Part shown: in pieces, positions 1 through 13,340 of the stretch | Layout of the letters: every line of letters starts with the position of its first letter | Position numbering within the stretch: the stretch's first letter is position 1 | Assembly: GCA_028534125.1 (NCBI GenBank) | Contig: CM052817.1 | Span: 55,926,001 to 55,990,000 of the forward strand | From: Lama glama | Taxonomy: Eukaryota | DNA: 64,000 bases | Reading direction: 5' to 3' | Translations under genes and position numbers: made by a program | Notes under the pieces: generated by a model | The model's database searches: none | Seen by the model: the letters and a program-made list of their open reading frames with translations, nothing else | What the model was told of the DNA's origin: nothing

Positions 1-629
1 ATAGAGTAAAAGTGACATACTCCTGTGGTACTTTAATGTTGGAATACCAGGTATCAAAGTGTGAGAACTCCAAAGGGAGATGATTCACCCTTGGAGGTAC
101 TAGATTACTTAATGATACGTCCCTTCCCACCTAGAGACACAAACATGCTAAGTCTTGTTGTAAAAACTGAGGCGGATGTTCTTACACACAGACATGTGTA
201 AAGACAGTACAAGGAAATTTGTGATAATTGCTATAATCTGAATTACATTTTGGTGAAATGTACTTATAACTTCTTAATAGATTGACACCCAGTGGATTTG
301 GCATGTGTTTCATTCCATTTCTCTACAAAAAAATGATCAAAAGGAATTTTATTCATTCTCTAATAGTGATTAAACTAGGCTAAGTTATCCATTTATCATG
401 AGTTTGATATTTTCAGGATGTATCCCTAAGGGCAGTGTTGGGCATTCTGATTTAGCTCTTGAAAAGCGTTACCTTAAATTGCACAAATTTGTCCTTGCTC
501 TATCTTATTTATTGATTCCAGGGCTTGTTGGCAAGATACTGTAGAAGGCATTAGTGTAGGGAGCATGTATGTTGGCAGTCAAAGGAGAGTTGACGGCAAA
601 AAGCTATGTCTTCTAAAGATAATTGCTGG

Positions 630-1066
630 TGTAAAATCTGGGTTCTCTGAGAATCAGACACCAAGCTAAGAATAGAGCTGCAAAGATTTTAATAGGGTAA
701 CCGTGTGAAAGAATATGGGGAACCTGAGAGAGAAAGGAGACCACACACAAGTGTGATTCTAAGGGAAGACGAGAGAGAAGGAATGCTGGTAGAAGGAGGC
801 CAGACTGCCAAGAAGCCTAAGGAAGGTCTGGTAAGGTCTTCAGAAGCCTTCAAACCAAGGTCAGCTTTCAAGAGTCCTACATCTCCCAGGAACGCTTTAC
901 CTTAGTGGCCTACCCACACACAGTCCTTAGCTGGGAGCCGCCTGATGGGACACATGCTTTCAGTGCTAACAAAGCTGTAAATTGCAGAGCACAGTAGCTG
1001 GGGCCCTTGGTCCATAATCTTCCCTACAGTTGGAGGTCTATGAGGTACATTCCTAAAGCCATTACA
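630..1066 (-). mobile_element. Old ERVL-class solo LTR (LTR40/LTR41/LTR16-like)
   Basis: Minus strand begins TGTAATGGC...CAAGGGCCCCAGCTACTGTGCTCTG and ends TCTGATTCTCAGAGAACCCAGATTTTACA, giving TG...CA termini. Resembles class III LTRs from memory; subfamily uncertain. Confidence 0.7.
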
Positions 1067-1099
1067 ATAACAAGGGAAAGAGGACAAATTATCTAAGAG

Positions 1100-1325
1100 T
1101 TTTCATTAAGTATTTACCAAATGCTTATGATAAGGGTTTCATGTGAATTGTTACATTTAATGCACACAATAATTATTTAAGTAGAGATTTATTGTGTCAC
1201 AATTTAAAAAATGAGGAATCAGAGATACGGAGAGGTAAAATAATTGGCCCAAGGTCACAAGCTACTTGGTAGAATATAATAAGCAAGAGTCAAAAAAATC
1301 TAACTCCCAAATCCATTGTTTTAAT
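1100..1325 (-). mobile_element. MIR SINE
   Basis: ATGAGGAATCAGAGATACGGAGAGGTAAAATAATTGGCCCAAGGTCACAAGCTA matches the reverse-complement MIR core. Confidence 0.8.
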
Positions 1326-1763
1326 TTCTGAAGTCAAAATGGTTGAAAGACAACGAGAAAAAGAAATGAACAGGAAAATTTAAGGAGAAAAAACACTATT
1401 AAAAAGAAATTCATGTTTACTCTTAAAAAATGCTAAATACTTTAGCTACCTTAGGTTCTTGGGTAAGAAAGGTAAAAATGAATGAATGAATGAATGAATG
1501 AAAATTTCTAATTTTATTTTTTCCCCAAACTAGTGATTCGCTACTGTATTCTGTGGAACTCACTAGAAGATTTTTGGTAACAAGGGGTAGACTCTCCCCC
1601 TCAGTTGTATCCAAATTAAACTGTAATTAAATGCAAAACATCTGTGTTGAATGGACCATGAAATTTTGAGGCCACCCCTAAAATATTTAAAGAAATGACA
1701 TGTTTCTGGATGATGCCAACAACGGTTTTCTGAGGTCATTTCCTATTTCTAATGTCAGTATGT

Positions 1764-1765
<2 letters not shown>

Positions 1766-1797
<32 letters not shown>
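1766..1797. repeat. (CA)n microsatellite
   Basis: Perfect run of about 16 CA units. Confidence 0.97.
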
Positions 1798-1801
<4 letters not shown>

Positions 1802-4710
1802 CTACAATATTTAAAAGTTAAATAGTTTGAAAGAGTACTAGATAGAGTATGAGTCTACTCAAGGTAAGCATGTTCCAGGCAGACTTTCCATAGAAGAAGT
1901 GATAATAAGACAAAAAACATATGCAAAACACATTTTTAGAGATAGATAGAGATAGCCTTTTTTAATTCATAGATTGAATGGGTGATGTTTGAATAGGTTA
2001 TAACAAAAAATAGGAATTTTGCATATTATTTTTCTTAAAATATTACCTATATAAGAGAATCTCAACTTTTATAACCTCTATTTTGTTCTACCTGATGCAC
2101 TTGAAATGTCAAAAATAAATGATGTATTTTTTATTATAGAACATTATACAATTTACCAACCCTTTACACATTGAATGTCTGATCGAGTTATGAATAACTG
2201 TAGAACATTGATGGCTAGCTCAGAAGCTGATTATTTCACATGTTCCAAAGTAAATACTAGAAGAAGTTTGCACTACATGGTTAGTGACTTTCAACATTAC
2301 ATAGATGTGTCCCCTTAACAAAATGACTAAGTAGAAATCACAAACTAAGTGGCATCAGGCAAGGCACAGAAACATTTGAACAAGCAATACCAAGAGAACA
2401 TATCTACAGTAATAGGAAATGCCTATGCTTTAAGTAGCATTGGATTCAGAATGTACAGGATGATGATATCTTCCCTGTGGTAAGATGGAACCTGGGACAA
2501 ACAATAAAGGAGACTATTAGGGATACCGCCTTTACTACTGAATGCATTCAACGATCAGCAAACCAACACAACTGACTTCATGTGAGAAATAAAAAGCTCC
2601 AGAAGAACTTATGCACCTGACTTAAAGAAACACAGTCTTCTGATGGCCTTAACCATTCTGTCACCTGTGCCAGAGGCTTATGTGAAATATTCAGCATTAA
2701 ATTCAGGCAAAGGAAACCTGGGACACCCCCACTGAAACATGCTTTTTTCTTGCTACTTCCACAAAACTGAAGTTGTTCTACGAATGGTGCAATTTAGCTG
2801 CCCAGAAGCAAATACACATTTTAAAAGGAGTGTATAGTTGAACAGAGGGCTTATCTCAAATAAGAATGAGAAATCTTATTTTTCAGTAAAATAGGGGAAG
2901 TTAAAATATCTTGGATTTCCTAGTTAACACAGTAATCCATTGAACAATATTGTTCAAACTTGAGTAACTGAAAAACCCCATTTGAATGGGGGAAAATAAT
3001 TTTACTGAATTTCATGAATTTTCATGAGCGCTTACTTAGATTATCTTTAATATAATGCTATTTAAACCTGTAAAATAACATTATATATCGACCCATAGCT
3101 CATGTAAAGATATCAAAATAAGCACAAATTTTTATAATGAAACATGAAAAAGCACTTAAACAATGATATTTATTAGATGATGTTCATAAATGGAATCATT
3201 ATGTAATAAATATTATATGGTATGCCCTAGCATTTTTTAAAATACAGTACATCTCTAGAACTGTGTGTCTTGGGATACCTCCAATCTATCACTTCCTATT
3301 CCCAGACTCCTGGAATGCCCTTGTAGCTGTAGCCATAGCATCATTTGATCTTAAGTTGATACAAATGTTGAGTCTTAAAAGATTGAGTCTGTCTCTTCTT
3401 TTGACAATAGATTTTTGGAGTTAAGCTATTATCATAGCCAAGGTAACTGTAAACTAAATGCAAAGAAGACACTATGATAACACGATTTTAACTGACTATA
3501 AAACGCTGATGCAGACAATACACATACACACACACACACTTCCCAGCATGTAATGTATATGTGTGCATGTGTGTATCTAGATGAGCATTGCAATTAAAAT
3601 ACAAAACATAAGAAAATAAACTTTGATAATTCCTAAGTAGGTATTTTGTGGAAAAATGAGGAAAAACATTTTGTTTGAATAGAAGTGAAGGTAGGTGTAG
3701 GTGAAAGACTTACAGTCTAGCTGAGGAAGCAGCCATTATTAGGAAAACGTTATGGTGAAATTTAGAATGAAATACATGCAGAGAAAAGATATTGCACCCA
3801 AAACAATGCTGTGAGTTTCTAGAGTACCTGTGCAGATAAATAGAAACACTTACATTCCCAGTACTAGACTCTAGTTTTCATATATTTTTTGTGGGAAGTA
3901 TATTGGTTGGGGATAGATATTCTGCAAAATTCATATATAGTGATCTGTTAATAAATGTCTATGGAGAGTGAAGGGTAGAATCTGCAAACAGGTATAGCTT
4001 AAAAATTCATTAGGTTTATGTTAAAAAGAAAATCAATTCTGTTTAACAGTGCCAGATACTGTATATACTAGAACAACACTGTTACAGCTATTGTATGAGA
4101 AGCTGTTAAATTCTAGAATTGTAGAATGTGTTTGGTGCTTTGTTTCCATTTGAAGTGAAAAAAAAAATGTGACAACCCCCACACTTTTATTATCTGCAAT
4201 GTCCTGCTAACAAGCCATTTTCCCACTAGTCCAAATAACAATCTAGTTACAACTGAGAAGAGTTCACAGGGTGGGCACCTGTTAGAATCACATCAAACCA
4301 GGATCCAGCTAACTTACAATGTATCAAAAAAAAAAAAAAATCATGAGCAAGTCTTTTCCTCTGACTTTCAGAAGGTTATGTCTCTTGATACACAGGAATT
4401 GCACATTTTAAAATCTTTGCTGGCAATCACAATATCTAGCTTACATATAATATATTTGAATATCTGTAACTCAAGGAGTGGAAAAAACTCTTTTTAATAT
4501 AGCAGAGCTGCAGTAGGTGTGCCCTCTCACTTAAAAGCCTGCTTAGATACAGCAATTTCCTTTGTCCAGTACTGTGAAAGAACGTGAAAACTGTTTAAAT
4601 TCATCATAAAATGTGCTGTTTACTTGTAAGTTTTCTGATCCTGAAAAAATAGTTTGCAAACAATGCAAAGGCTGTGACCATTTAGAGAAAGAACTTAAAA
4701 GATGAGCAAA

Positions 4711-7212
4711 CCTTTTTCCTATTCCACAGATTATCTTTTCATTTAATTCATGGTTTCCTTTACTGTGTAAAAGCTTCTAAGTTTAATTAGGTCCAATTTA
4801 TTTAGTTCTGCTTTTATTTCTATTGCCTCGGTAGATTGCCCTAGGAGAACACTGCTACAATTTATATCAGAGAAAGTTTTGCTTATGTTTTCTTCTAGGA
4901 GGTTTACTGTGCCTTATGTTTACATCTTAGAGCCATTTTGAGTTCGTGTATGTGTACAATGTGCGGAAATGTCCTAATTTCACTGATGTACATGCAGATG
5001 TCCAGCTTTCCCAACACTAATTGCCAAAGAGATTGTCTTTTCTCCATTGTATGTTCTTGCCTCTTTTCTTGAAGATTAATTGACCGCAGGTGAGTGGGTT
5101 TATTTCTGGGCTCTCTATTCTGTTCCATTGGTCCATATGTCTGTTTTTGTGCCAATACAATGATGTTTTGATTACTGTAGTTCTGTAATACTGTCTGAAG
5201 TCTGGAAGAGTTATTCTTCCAGCTTCTTTCTTTATCTTCAGTATCTATTTATTTTATTTATTTATTTTTTTTGGCAATTCTGGGTCTTTTGTGATTCCAT
5301 ATACATTATAGGATTACTCGTTCTAGTTCTGTGAAAAATGTCCTGCGTAATTTGATAGGGGTTGCATTACATCTGTAGATTGCTTTGGGCAGTATGGCCA
5401 TGTTAACAATATTAATTCTTCCAATTCAAGAGCATGGGATATCTTTCCATTTCTTTAAATCATTTTTTAATTTTCCTAACCAATGTTTTATAGTTCTCCA
5501 TGTATAAGACTTCCACTTCCTTGGTCAGGTTTATTCTTAAGTATTTTATCTTTTGGTACAATTTTAAAAGTGATTATTTCTTTACTTTCCTTTTCTGATA
5601 TTTCATTATTAGTGTAAATAAATGCAACCAATTTCTATATGTTAATCTTGTATCCTGCTACCTTGCCAAATTCTTTTTATCAGCTCTAGCAGTTTTTCTC
5701 TGGAGCCTTCAGGGTTTTTGATATACAGTATCATGTCATCTGCATATAGTGACAATTTTACCTCTTCTCTTCCCATTGGATCCCTTTTTCTTGTCTGATT
5801 TCTGTGGTCAGGACTTCTGATAACTATGTTGAACAGAAGTGGTGAAAGTGGGCATCCTTGTCTTGTTCCAGATTAGCTGGAAGGCTTTCAGTTGTTGACT
5901 GTTGAGTATTATGCTGGCTGTGGATTTGTCATAAAGACCTTTTATTATGTGAGATATGTTCCCTCTATAGCCACTTTGGTAAGAGTTTTTATCATAAATG
6001 GGTGTTGAATTTGGTCAAATGCTTTTTCTGTTGAGATGATCATATGATTTTTGTTCTTTCTCTTGTTGATGTGATTGATTGCCTTGCATATGTTAAAAAT
6101 CCTTGTATCTCTGGGATGAATGCAACTTGATCATAGTGTATGCAAATGATGTGACTGACAAGGGCTTAATTTCCAGAATATACAAACAGCTCATACTACT
6201 CAGTAACAAAAAAATCCAAAAACCCAATCCAAAAATGAGCATAAGACCTGAAGAAACATTTCTCCAATGAAGACATACAAATGGCCAATAGGCACATGAA
6301 AAGATGCTCAATATCACTAATTATCAGAGAAATGCAAATCAAAATTACAATGAGGTATTACCTCACACTGGTCAGAATGGCTATTACTAAAAAGTCCACA
6401 GTGATAAAAGCTGGAGGGGAATGTGTAGAAAAGGGAACCCTCCTACACTGTTGGTGGGAATGTGCAGCCATTATGGAAAACAGCATGGAGAGTCCTTAAA
6501 AACTAAAAATAGAATTACCCTGTGATCTAGCAATCCCACTCCTGGGCATATACCCAGAGGAAACTCTAATTTGAAAAGATACATGCACCCCAATGTTCAT
6601 AGCAGTGCTATTCACAACAGCCAAGACATGGAAGTAACCTAATGTCCATAGACAGATGACCAGATAAAGAAGTTGTGGTATATACACAAAGGAATACTAT
6701 TCAGCCATAAAAGAGAATAAAATAATGCCATTTGCAACAACATGGATGGACCTGGAGATTGTCATACTAAGTGAAGTAAGCCAGAAGGAGAAAGAAGAAT
6801 ACTGTATGATATTACTTACATGTGGAATCTTGGGGGGGAAAAAAGGACATGGATGAACTTATTTATAAAACAGAGAGAGACTCACAGACATAGAAAAGAA
6901 ACTTACGGTTACTGGGGGGCAACAGGGCTGGGAAGGATAAATAGCGAGTTTAAGTTTTGCAGATACTAACTACTAAATATAAAATAGATAAACAACAAAG
7001 TCCTACTGTATAGCACAGGAAACACTATTCAATACCTTATAATGGCCTAAAATGCAAAAGTATATGAAAATGAATATATATATAGATATATATATATATC
7101 TATATATATATATACATATATATCTATATCTCATCACTAAGCTCTACACCAGAAATTAAAACAATGTAAATTGACTATATTTCAACAAAAAATGACAAAT
7201 TTAAAATTTTTA
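4711..7212 (+). mobile_element. 5'-truncated, 5'-inverted LINE-1 (camelid-type 3' UTR), about 2.5 kb
   Basis: 4711-6140 is antisense ORF2. 6141-7212 is the sense ORF2 C-terminus (ORF 6281-6499 [21 protein letters not shown]...) plus the 3' UTR. TSD AAAAGATGAGCAAA (4697-4710) / AAAAGATAAGCAAA (7213-7226), with a TT|AAAA endonuclease site. Confidence 0.95.
7075..7130. repeat. Interrupted (TA)n tract inside the L1 3' UTR
   Basis: TATATA...GATATA...TCTATA run. Confidence 0.9.
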
Positions 7213-8339
7213 AAAAGATAAGCAAATCTAACTAGATAAAATTATTTTCACTGGCAAGCAGACATTGATATCTAACATATTAGTCAATGGGATGGCTCTT
7301 GTCTTTGAACTGAAATCTCCCCATTGTTGAGTAACATAAAGTCATGATTTTAAGCATTTACTTTTTCAGAGTTATCTGTTAGGATGAAGAATTCTTGCAT
7401 GTTGTATATTTTTAAGAATGCACAAAGCAAATTATTCTATGTGTCAGAGAAGTAAACTTTTGTTTACTAGTTAATTTAATTAATTTACATGGTTCATTTG
7501 AAAGGAATTTGAAAAAATCTTTTAAACTGTATAAATGTATGGAAGTCTGAAAAAAGATACTATATTTTAGCCATTTAAGCATATTATAAAGAGTAATGCA
7601 ATTTTTAAAATGGATAATACATACATTTATTTGTGTATCTCCATACTTCTATGCTCATTTCATTTCAAAGATAAATCTAATAGTTTTCTATATTCACATA
7701 AAGTGCATATAATACAGATTTAAAACTAAATTCAAATATTCAATTCACCATTATTCACATTACCACTATTGGGTCATAAAATCATTTTTATACCCTTATT
7801 AACCAAATCAAGTTTCATGTAAATTGAGGAATCAGTTAAAAAAAGACATACTGAAATCTCTGAAACTCTCTTCAATTATTATTAAATTGATAGTATATAC
7901 AATAATGTTTTTTGTCTTCTATGGTTCTTAGATCATGTGCAATTCTAAGTTTTCTAATACTTCAGAGAGTATTCATGTTTTTTAAGAATGCTTATAATAT
8001 TAATAGAGATTGGCTAAAATGATAAGAATATCTGAATTAAACATTATATACATTCTTCCCATGAATTATACCATCGCTATTTACTGATTTATGATAATCA
8101 CTTATGATTATATTTGAAACTGAAAAGTACAACTGCATCTCATTTATACAAAATTATCTGGAAAAATTTTAAAGAGATAAAGTCTCACAATTTTATGAGG
8201 CAAAATGTTTTAAAATGTAATTACTTTCACAAAGATGTATAAATGCAAAAACTTCTATAGTATTTTAATCCAAGTAAAATGAATTCCAAATAACACGCAA
8301 TGAGAATAAAGTGTTACTAGACCACATATCATCATCAAG

Positions 8340-8450
8340 GGCTATCATCCTTGGGAAGGCCTGTAACTTTCCTGGGTCTTATCTTCCTTATATGTAAATT
8401 ACAATGGCTTCTATAAACAAGTTCGTACCTCTAAAATTACACATGATTTA
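8340..8450 (+). mobile_element. MIR3-like fragment
   Basis: CCTTGGGAAGGCCTGTAACTTTCCTGGGTCTTATCTTCCTTATATGTAAA...CCTCTAAAATT. Confidence 0.5.
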
Positions 8451-8554
8451 ACTGACCACCAGAGGAGTCGGGAAGCTTAATTTTCTTGAAAGAAGCCAAG
8501 AGCTATGTTTCTGTTGTGAAAATATTCAACAATCATAATCATCATCATCATCAT

Positions 8555-8765
8555 CATCATCACTGAGATTTTATTTGTGTGAGGCAGTGTTTAAGGCACT
8601 TTACATATATTAATTTGATTAATTCACATGGCAGCTCCATGAAATAGGTGCTATTATTACTTCCAGTTTACAGATGAGAAAAAAACTGAGATCTAGAGAG
8701 TTTAGGAAACATTCCTATGTTCACACATTTAATAAGGGGAGGAACAATCTGACTTTGGAGCTACT
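8555..8765 (-). mobile_element. MIR SINE preceded by an (ATC)n tract
   Basis: ATAGGTGCTATTATTACTTCCAGTTTACAGATGAGAAAAAAACTGAGATCTAGAGAG. Confidence 0.85.
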
Positions 8766-11064
8766 TCACACACTTTATTGGAAAAAAGACATGTTTCTAA
8801 TTATGTGTCTCATTTTTACACTATTCAATTAAACAAACAATTGATTTCCAATTATTTATAGACAGCTATGGGAGATATGATGACAAAAATCCATCTTTAA
8901 TCTTTAGAATACCACATAAATTGAGTTATGCAAATGGTAAAATTGTGAAAAGAGCTCTGCATGAGAAGGGAGAAGGTCTTCCTATGCCTGGTCCCATTAC
9001 TTGCCAGTCAGGGAACTTTAGGAAACTCACCTACTATTTCTTTGCCTCCTTTTCCTATTATTATGTATAATAATACATACCCTTTTAGTTTTACAGATAA
9101 GCTTTTACATAATAATATACTTTGTAGGTTAAAATGTAAATGTAAATTATATTACTACTAACAAATATTATTTAGTTATTAGTTTACATAATTCTACAAA
9201 TGGACTTGATGTAGCATGTGACTTAAACTGGGAGGTTCAGATATACTTTGAATCAAGATGGTAATCTTTTTCCCACAACACTTAGAGTGAATTACTTGAA
9301 ACCGGACTTGTATTTTATTCACATATGGAAAGCAAGTGAATTCATTAATTTATGAAGAAATTTGTGATTCCTGGATGAAACGAAATATGAAAACAAATTA
9401 TTATAATAGTTTCATATTTTACCCAAACATATACATATTTACACATGTTAATTTCCTGGCATTTATGCCATGGCTTTTCTCCAAAGATCTTAAGGCTTTT
9501 CATAAATTTGAATTTAATTTCATAAGTGTTAATTTTTGTATCTGAAGAGTTGTAGAAGCACCTGCAAGTCTTTTTTGTTATAATTCTACTGCAATATAGA
9601 TATTCAGTAATCTGCAAATTCTTGTGGATCACTTCAAAGTAAGCTGAAAATCCCTGTGCAAATGTTGCACATGGCAAACTTGCAGACAGTGGGAGATGAC
9701 TGTCATATACTTTCTAAATCTTATCTTTTTCATGAAAAGTGCTCAATGCCCTTTCATCAGTGCTCAGTGTGTCCTAGATTTCAGACTTTAACCCTTCTGT
9801 CACTTTCCTAAAGACATACTCTGACATCCATAATTTCTACTTCCTTCCTATTAATTAATGTAGTTCCTATTAATTAATGCAATGTTCCTATTAATGTAGA
9901 CTACAGAAACATTGATCTATCTGTGATTTTCTTTTCAAACCACACTCTTCACCACCCTACTATGTTACTACAGTAAAGTTTGAATTATGCAATTTAATAG
10001 TTATCATATAAACAAAGACACTGGTTACACAGACAAGTTGAGCAGATTGGCTTCCATTCAAAGAAAATGACTGGCTTCTACCCCAATAAGAAGGAAGTAA
10101 ATCACCTCATATATTTCTCTACCCATAGTATTTCTAGTCAGTGAGGAACTTTTCCATAGATTCTCAATGTTGGTCCATGGAAAATAGCTCTATTAAATTT
10201 AGAGTCTAGCCATTTGTACACAAACCAGCAGGAGGCTGAAAGCATTCATTTACTGCAACTCAAAGCTAAAATGTCTTGCTCAGTCCAAAATGTCAGCCAG
10301 ATTTTAGATCTGGAATCGACTGAAGGAGTGGCTACACCATGGTGAGGAAAGATTTTCCAACACCGTAAGAAGTATATACTCTAATGATTCTCGCAGTCTT
10401 GGGGAAAGGGGAATGTATATATTTAGCATTAGAGTAACTTCTACATTGAATCCTCAGACTACGGGATAAGATAAAAATAGATTATGTCATCTGAAACAAT
10501 CAAGATTTTTTTAATTTGAAATAGAAAAAAAATAGTTTAGTGCCATCAATAAAGACCTAACAAATGCATGACTAGTTGTTTCTATCATACCTCCAGTTCA
10601 TTTGCCAGTCTGATTCCTGCAGAAATCAGATGATTACTAGACATGTCTGTGGACTACAGCAGGCTGAGCTAAGCAGTAGTCCCAATCACAGCTGCTGTGT
10701 TGATCACATTTCTGATAACTATATTAAAGTCTCATGTACATTTAATATGATCATTGACTTGGTAAATGCTATTTTTTTTCCTACTCCAATTAGATTAAAA
10801 AGATGCAAAATAGTTTTCATTGATGTTAGATAAACAATATTCATTTACAGTTTTGCCTCAAATTTATATTAACTCTTCACTCTCTGTCACAATATAGTCC
10901 AAAGGAGTCTGAACCATTAAGAGTCGTGTTCTGGTGTAAGCACTAAATGCGAAAATTCAGATGAGTCTAGCAGCTGGTCATTTTAAGATGAAATTATTTG
11001 TCCTGCTTTGACCCGAAGCAGGATGAGAATTTATGAGTAAGCTGCATGATCAGGTACCTACACT

Positions 11065-11390
11065 CTGCTTGTGGCCATATTGTGAGGATGGGCCCTTATG
11101 ACCAGCTAAAGGTTGGAAAAAATAATCTGAGGTTGGTTTATAGATAGATTCACAGGGTGGTAACAAAAAATGAATGACAGCTACATTATAGGCACATACA
11201 AGGGTGGTCTTGAAAGATGCAAAAGATGAAAAATCTTCCCAATGGACATAACTACAGCAGTGTACCTCATCATCCACACTGGGTGGAGAACAAGTGGCCT
11301 ATGGCGATAATGGTTACAGATTCCTAGACAGTGGCCAAAGAGGCCTGCCTATGCAGTCTGAGGTCTGGAATGAAAAGAACTGGAAAATCA
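11065..11390 (+). mobile_element. ERVL internal fragment (decayed pol RNase H region)
   Basis: TGG TTT ATA GAT AGA at 11134 reads WFIDR (cf. ERVL WFTDG). AAA TCT TCC CAA TGG ACA TAA CTA at 11231 reads KSSQWT*L (cf. KSSQWAEL). Confidence 0.75.
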
Positions 11391-11832
11391 GTAAGATAAA
11401 AAGAATAAGATGTCTATGTCCTAATTCCTGGAAAATGAGAATATGTTACCTTACATGTCAAAAGGGACTTTGCAGATGTGAGTAAAGTTAAGGACATTGA
11501 GATGGAAAGATTACCTTGTATTACTTGGGTGTGCCCTGGTTGTGCTGAGAAAGAGTTCTAACTATGGAAGAATAGTAAAAGGGATATAACCTTGCTGGCT
11601 TTGAAGATAAAGGAAGAAGGCCACAAGTCAAGGGATGTGGAAACCTCTAGAAACCGGAAAAGGCAAGAAAGTAGACACTCCCTTAGAGTTCTCAGAGAGA
11701 AATGCCACCTTGCCAAGACCTTAATTTCAACCCAGTTGAGACCAGTGTTGAACTTCTAACCTACAGAACTAAAGATAAATAAATTTTTGTTGTTTTACAC
11801 TATTTGTCATAGAATTAATAGAAAATCAGCAA
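11390..11832 (+). mobile_element. MLT1D-like MaLR LTR (copy 1), inserted in ERVL internal sequence
   Basis: AAGATGTCTATGTCCTAATTCCTGG...GGGACTTTGCAGATGTG...TTGCTGGCTTTGAAGAT...CCTACAGAACT are characteristic MLT1D motifs. Confidence 0.88.
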
Positions 11833-11965
11833 GACTAGAGACAGGAAGCTCTGTGGTACGAGCGTACTGATATGCAATTACACACACACACACAAACATA
11901 CATACGAGAGTGTGTGTGCAGTAGGAAGATTTGTAGTGCATGTTAAAGCCTATTAGAAAACACAC
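11833..11965 (+). mobile_element. Continuation of the ERVL RNase H fragment, containing a CA repeat
   Basis: GAAGATTTGTAGTGCATGTTAAAGCCTATTAGAAA resembles the ERVL KIFVSHVNAHQK-coding region and is collinear with 11065-11390. Confidence 0.6.
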
Positions 11966-12984
11966 TGACTTATTTATGGTAAGGCAATATTTTAACACTA
12001 TGGTAGACTGGAATTCATTGTAATGGAAATTATTTTAATTTTTTTGGTGTTAGTCTGTGTATGTGCTTCTCTATGTGTGAGTATGTGTGTGTATGAATGT
12101 AATTTGGACTTTTTAGGCTTTTCTTTTTTTCCCTACTGTTAAAATACATCACAAGTATTTCCTGTGCGAAGAAAAATAATACTGAGAAACAAAAAGAATA
12201 TACTATAATCAATGGACATTTGGGGAACTGAGTGGATGCCAATGCAAGGAGTTACTGGATGCCAAGGGCCGAATTGAGTAGATCTTTTTAAGGGTATTTA
12301 CTGCAGAAAGTGGGGAGGTTCTAAGTAAGTGGTTCAAGAGAACACACTGGAAAGCATAGTGCATTTGACCTTAAGCTGTGTAAGACAGGAATCCTTATCC
12401 ACCAGCCATGTAACTCTTCCATCGAATATACCATGTGAATGTTTCAGTTGAGTATCTAGTTTGCTCTTTGGAAAAATGGTAAGGACCTTTCCTTCCTCTT
12501 GTGACCACTGAGCAGCTCATTTCAAACACTGAGCAACATCTGGACATGACACAGGATTTCAATTTGACACCTCAGGCAATCACAGTTTCAAACAGAACCA
12601 CTAGATAGTTTGTGGAGTTGTGGAGAAGACTGGAGAAGAACACTTTAATCTGTTCTAGGTATAGTGCTTGATGAAATGAACAAGGTCAACGCAAAGGTGC
12701 TGGGATGAGAAGGGCAATGAAATAAACACACACTGAAACCTTATCAGGTACATCATACCCACAACACCAGACAAGCACACTCCCCTTGAGGACTATTCTG
12801 TGATACAGTAAATCAAGTGATCCCCCAACTCCTAACCACCCCTGCTACTTACTACAAGATTTGGTCTTCACCGCGATAATGACATGGTACTTGTCCTCAT
12901 TATGCTCAGAAAGTAGTTTTAAACAATCTAACTAGATAACACAGTGCAATGCATGTTTGTGTTTAAGTGTCCTGTAGGAGTGTA

Positions 12985-13070
12985 TGTATGTATGTGTGTG
13001 TGTGTCTGTGTATATGTATATATATGTGTGTGTATATATATATATGTATAAGGTATATACATGTGTATAA
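12985..13070. repeat. Compound (TG)n/(TA)n microsatellite
   Basis: Directly visible. Confidence 0.9.
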
Positions 13071-13089
13071 AGTAATATATCAATCAATA

Positions 13090-13340
13090 CTTATTTGATT
13101 GAAGTATAATTGACATTTTGTTATTTTCAGATGTACAACATAATGATTCTATATTTGTATATTTTGTGAAATAATCACCATAATAAAAGTCTACTTAACA
13201 TTCATCCCCATACTTAGTTACAATTTTTTTTCCTGTGATGAGGACTTTTAAGATCTACTCTCTTAGCAACTTTCAAATATGCAATACAGCATTCTTAACT
13301 ATAGCCACCATGTTGTACATTACATTCCCATGACTTATTT
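13090..13340 (-). mobile_element. L1 3' end (L1MA9-like)
   Basis: TTGAAGTATAATTGAC...GATGAGGACTTTTAAGATCTACTCTCTTAGCAACTTTCAAATATGCAATACAG. Confidence 0.9.

Noticed and set aside
2460..2541. Box C/D snoRNA-like ATGATGA...CTGA spaced about 80 nt apart
   Set aside because: The terminal stem is out of register for a kink-turn and I recognise no rRNA or snRNA complementarity. Such motifs are frequent by chance.
6281..6499. 72-aa ORF (and the 83-aa ORF at 4904-5155) as protein-coding genes
   Set aside because: Both are frameshifted remnants of L1 ORF2 sequence within a truncated element.
12270..12830. Possible very old ERVL-associated LTR downstream of the ERVL fragment
   Set aside because: The composition is suggestive, but I cannot define termini, a TSD or a family.
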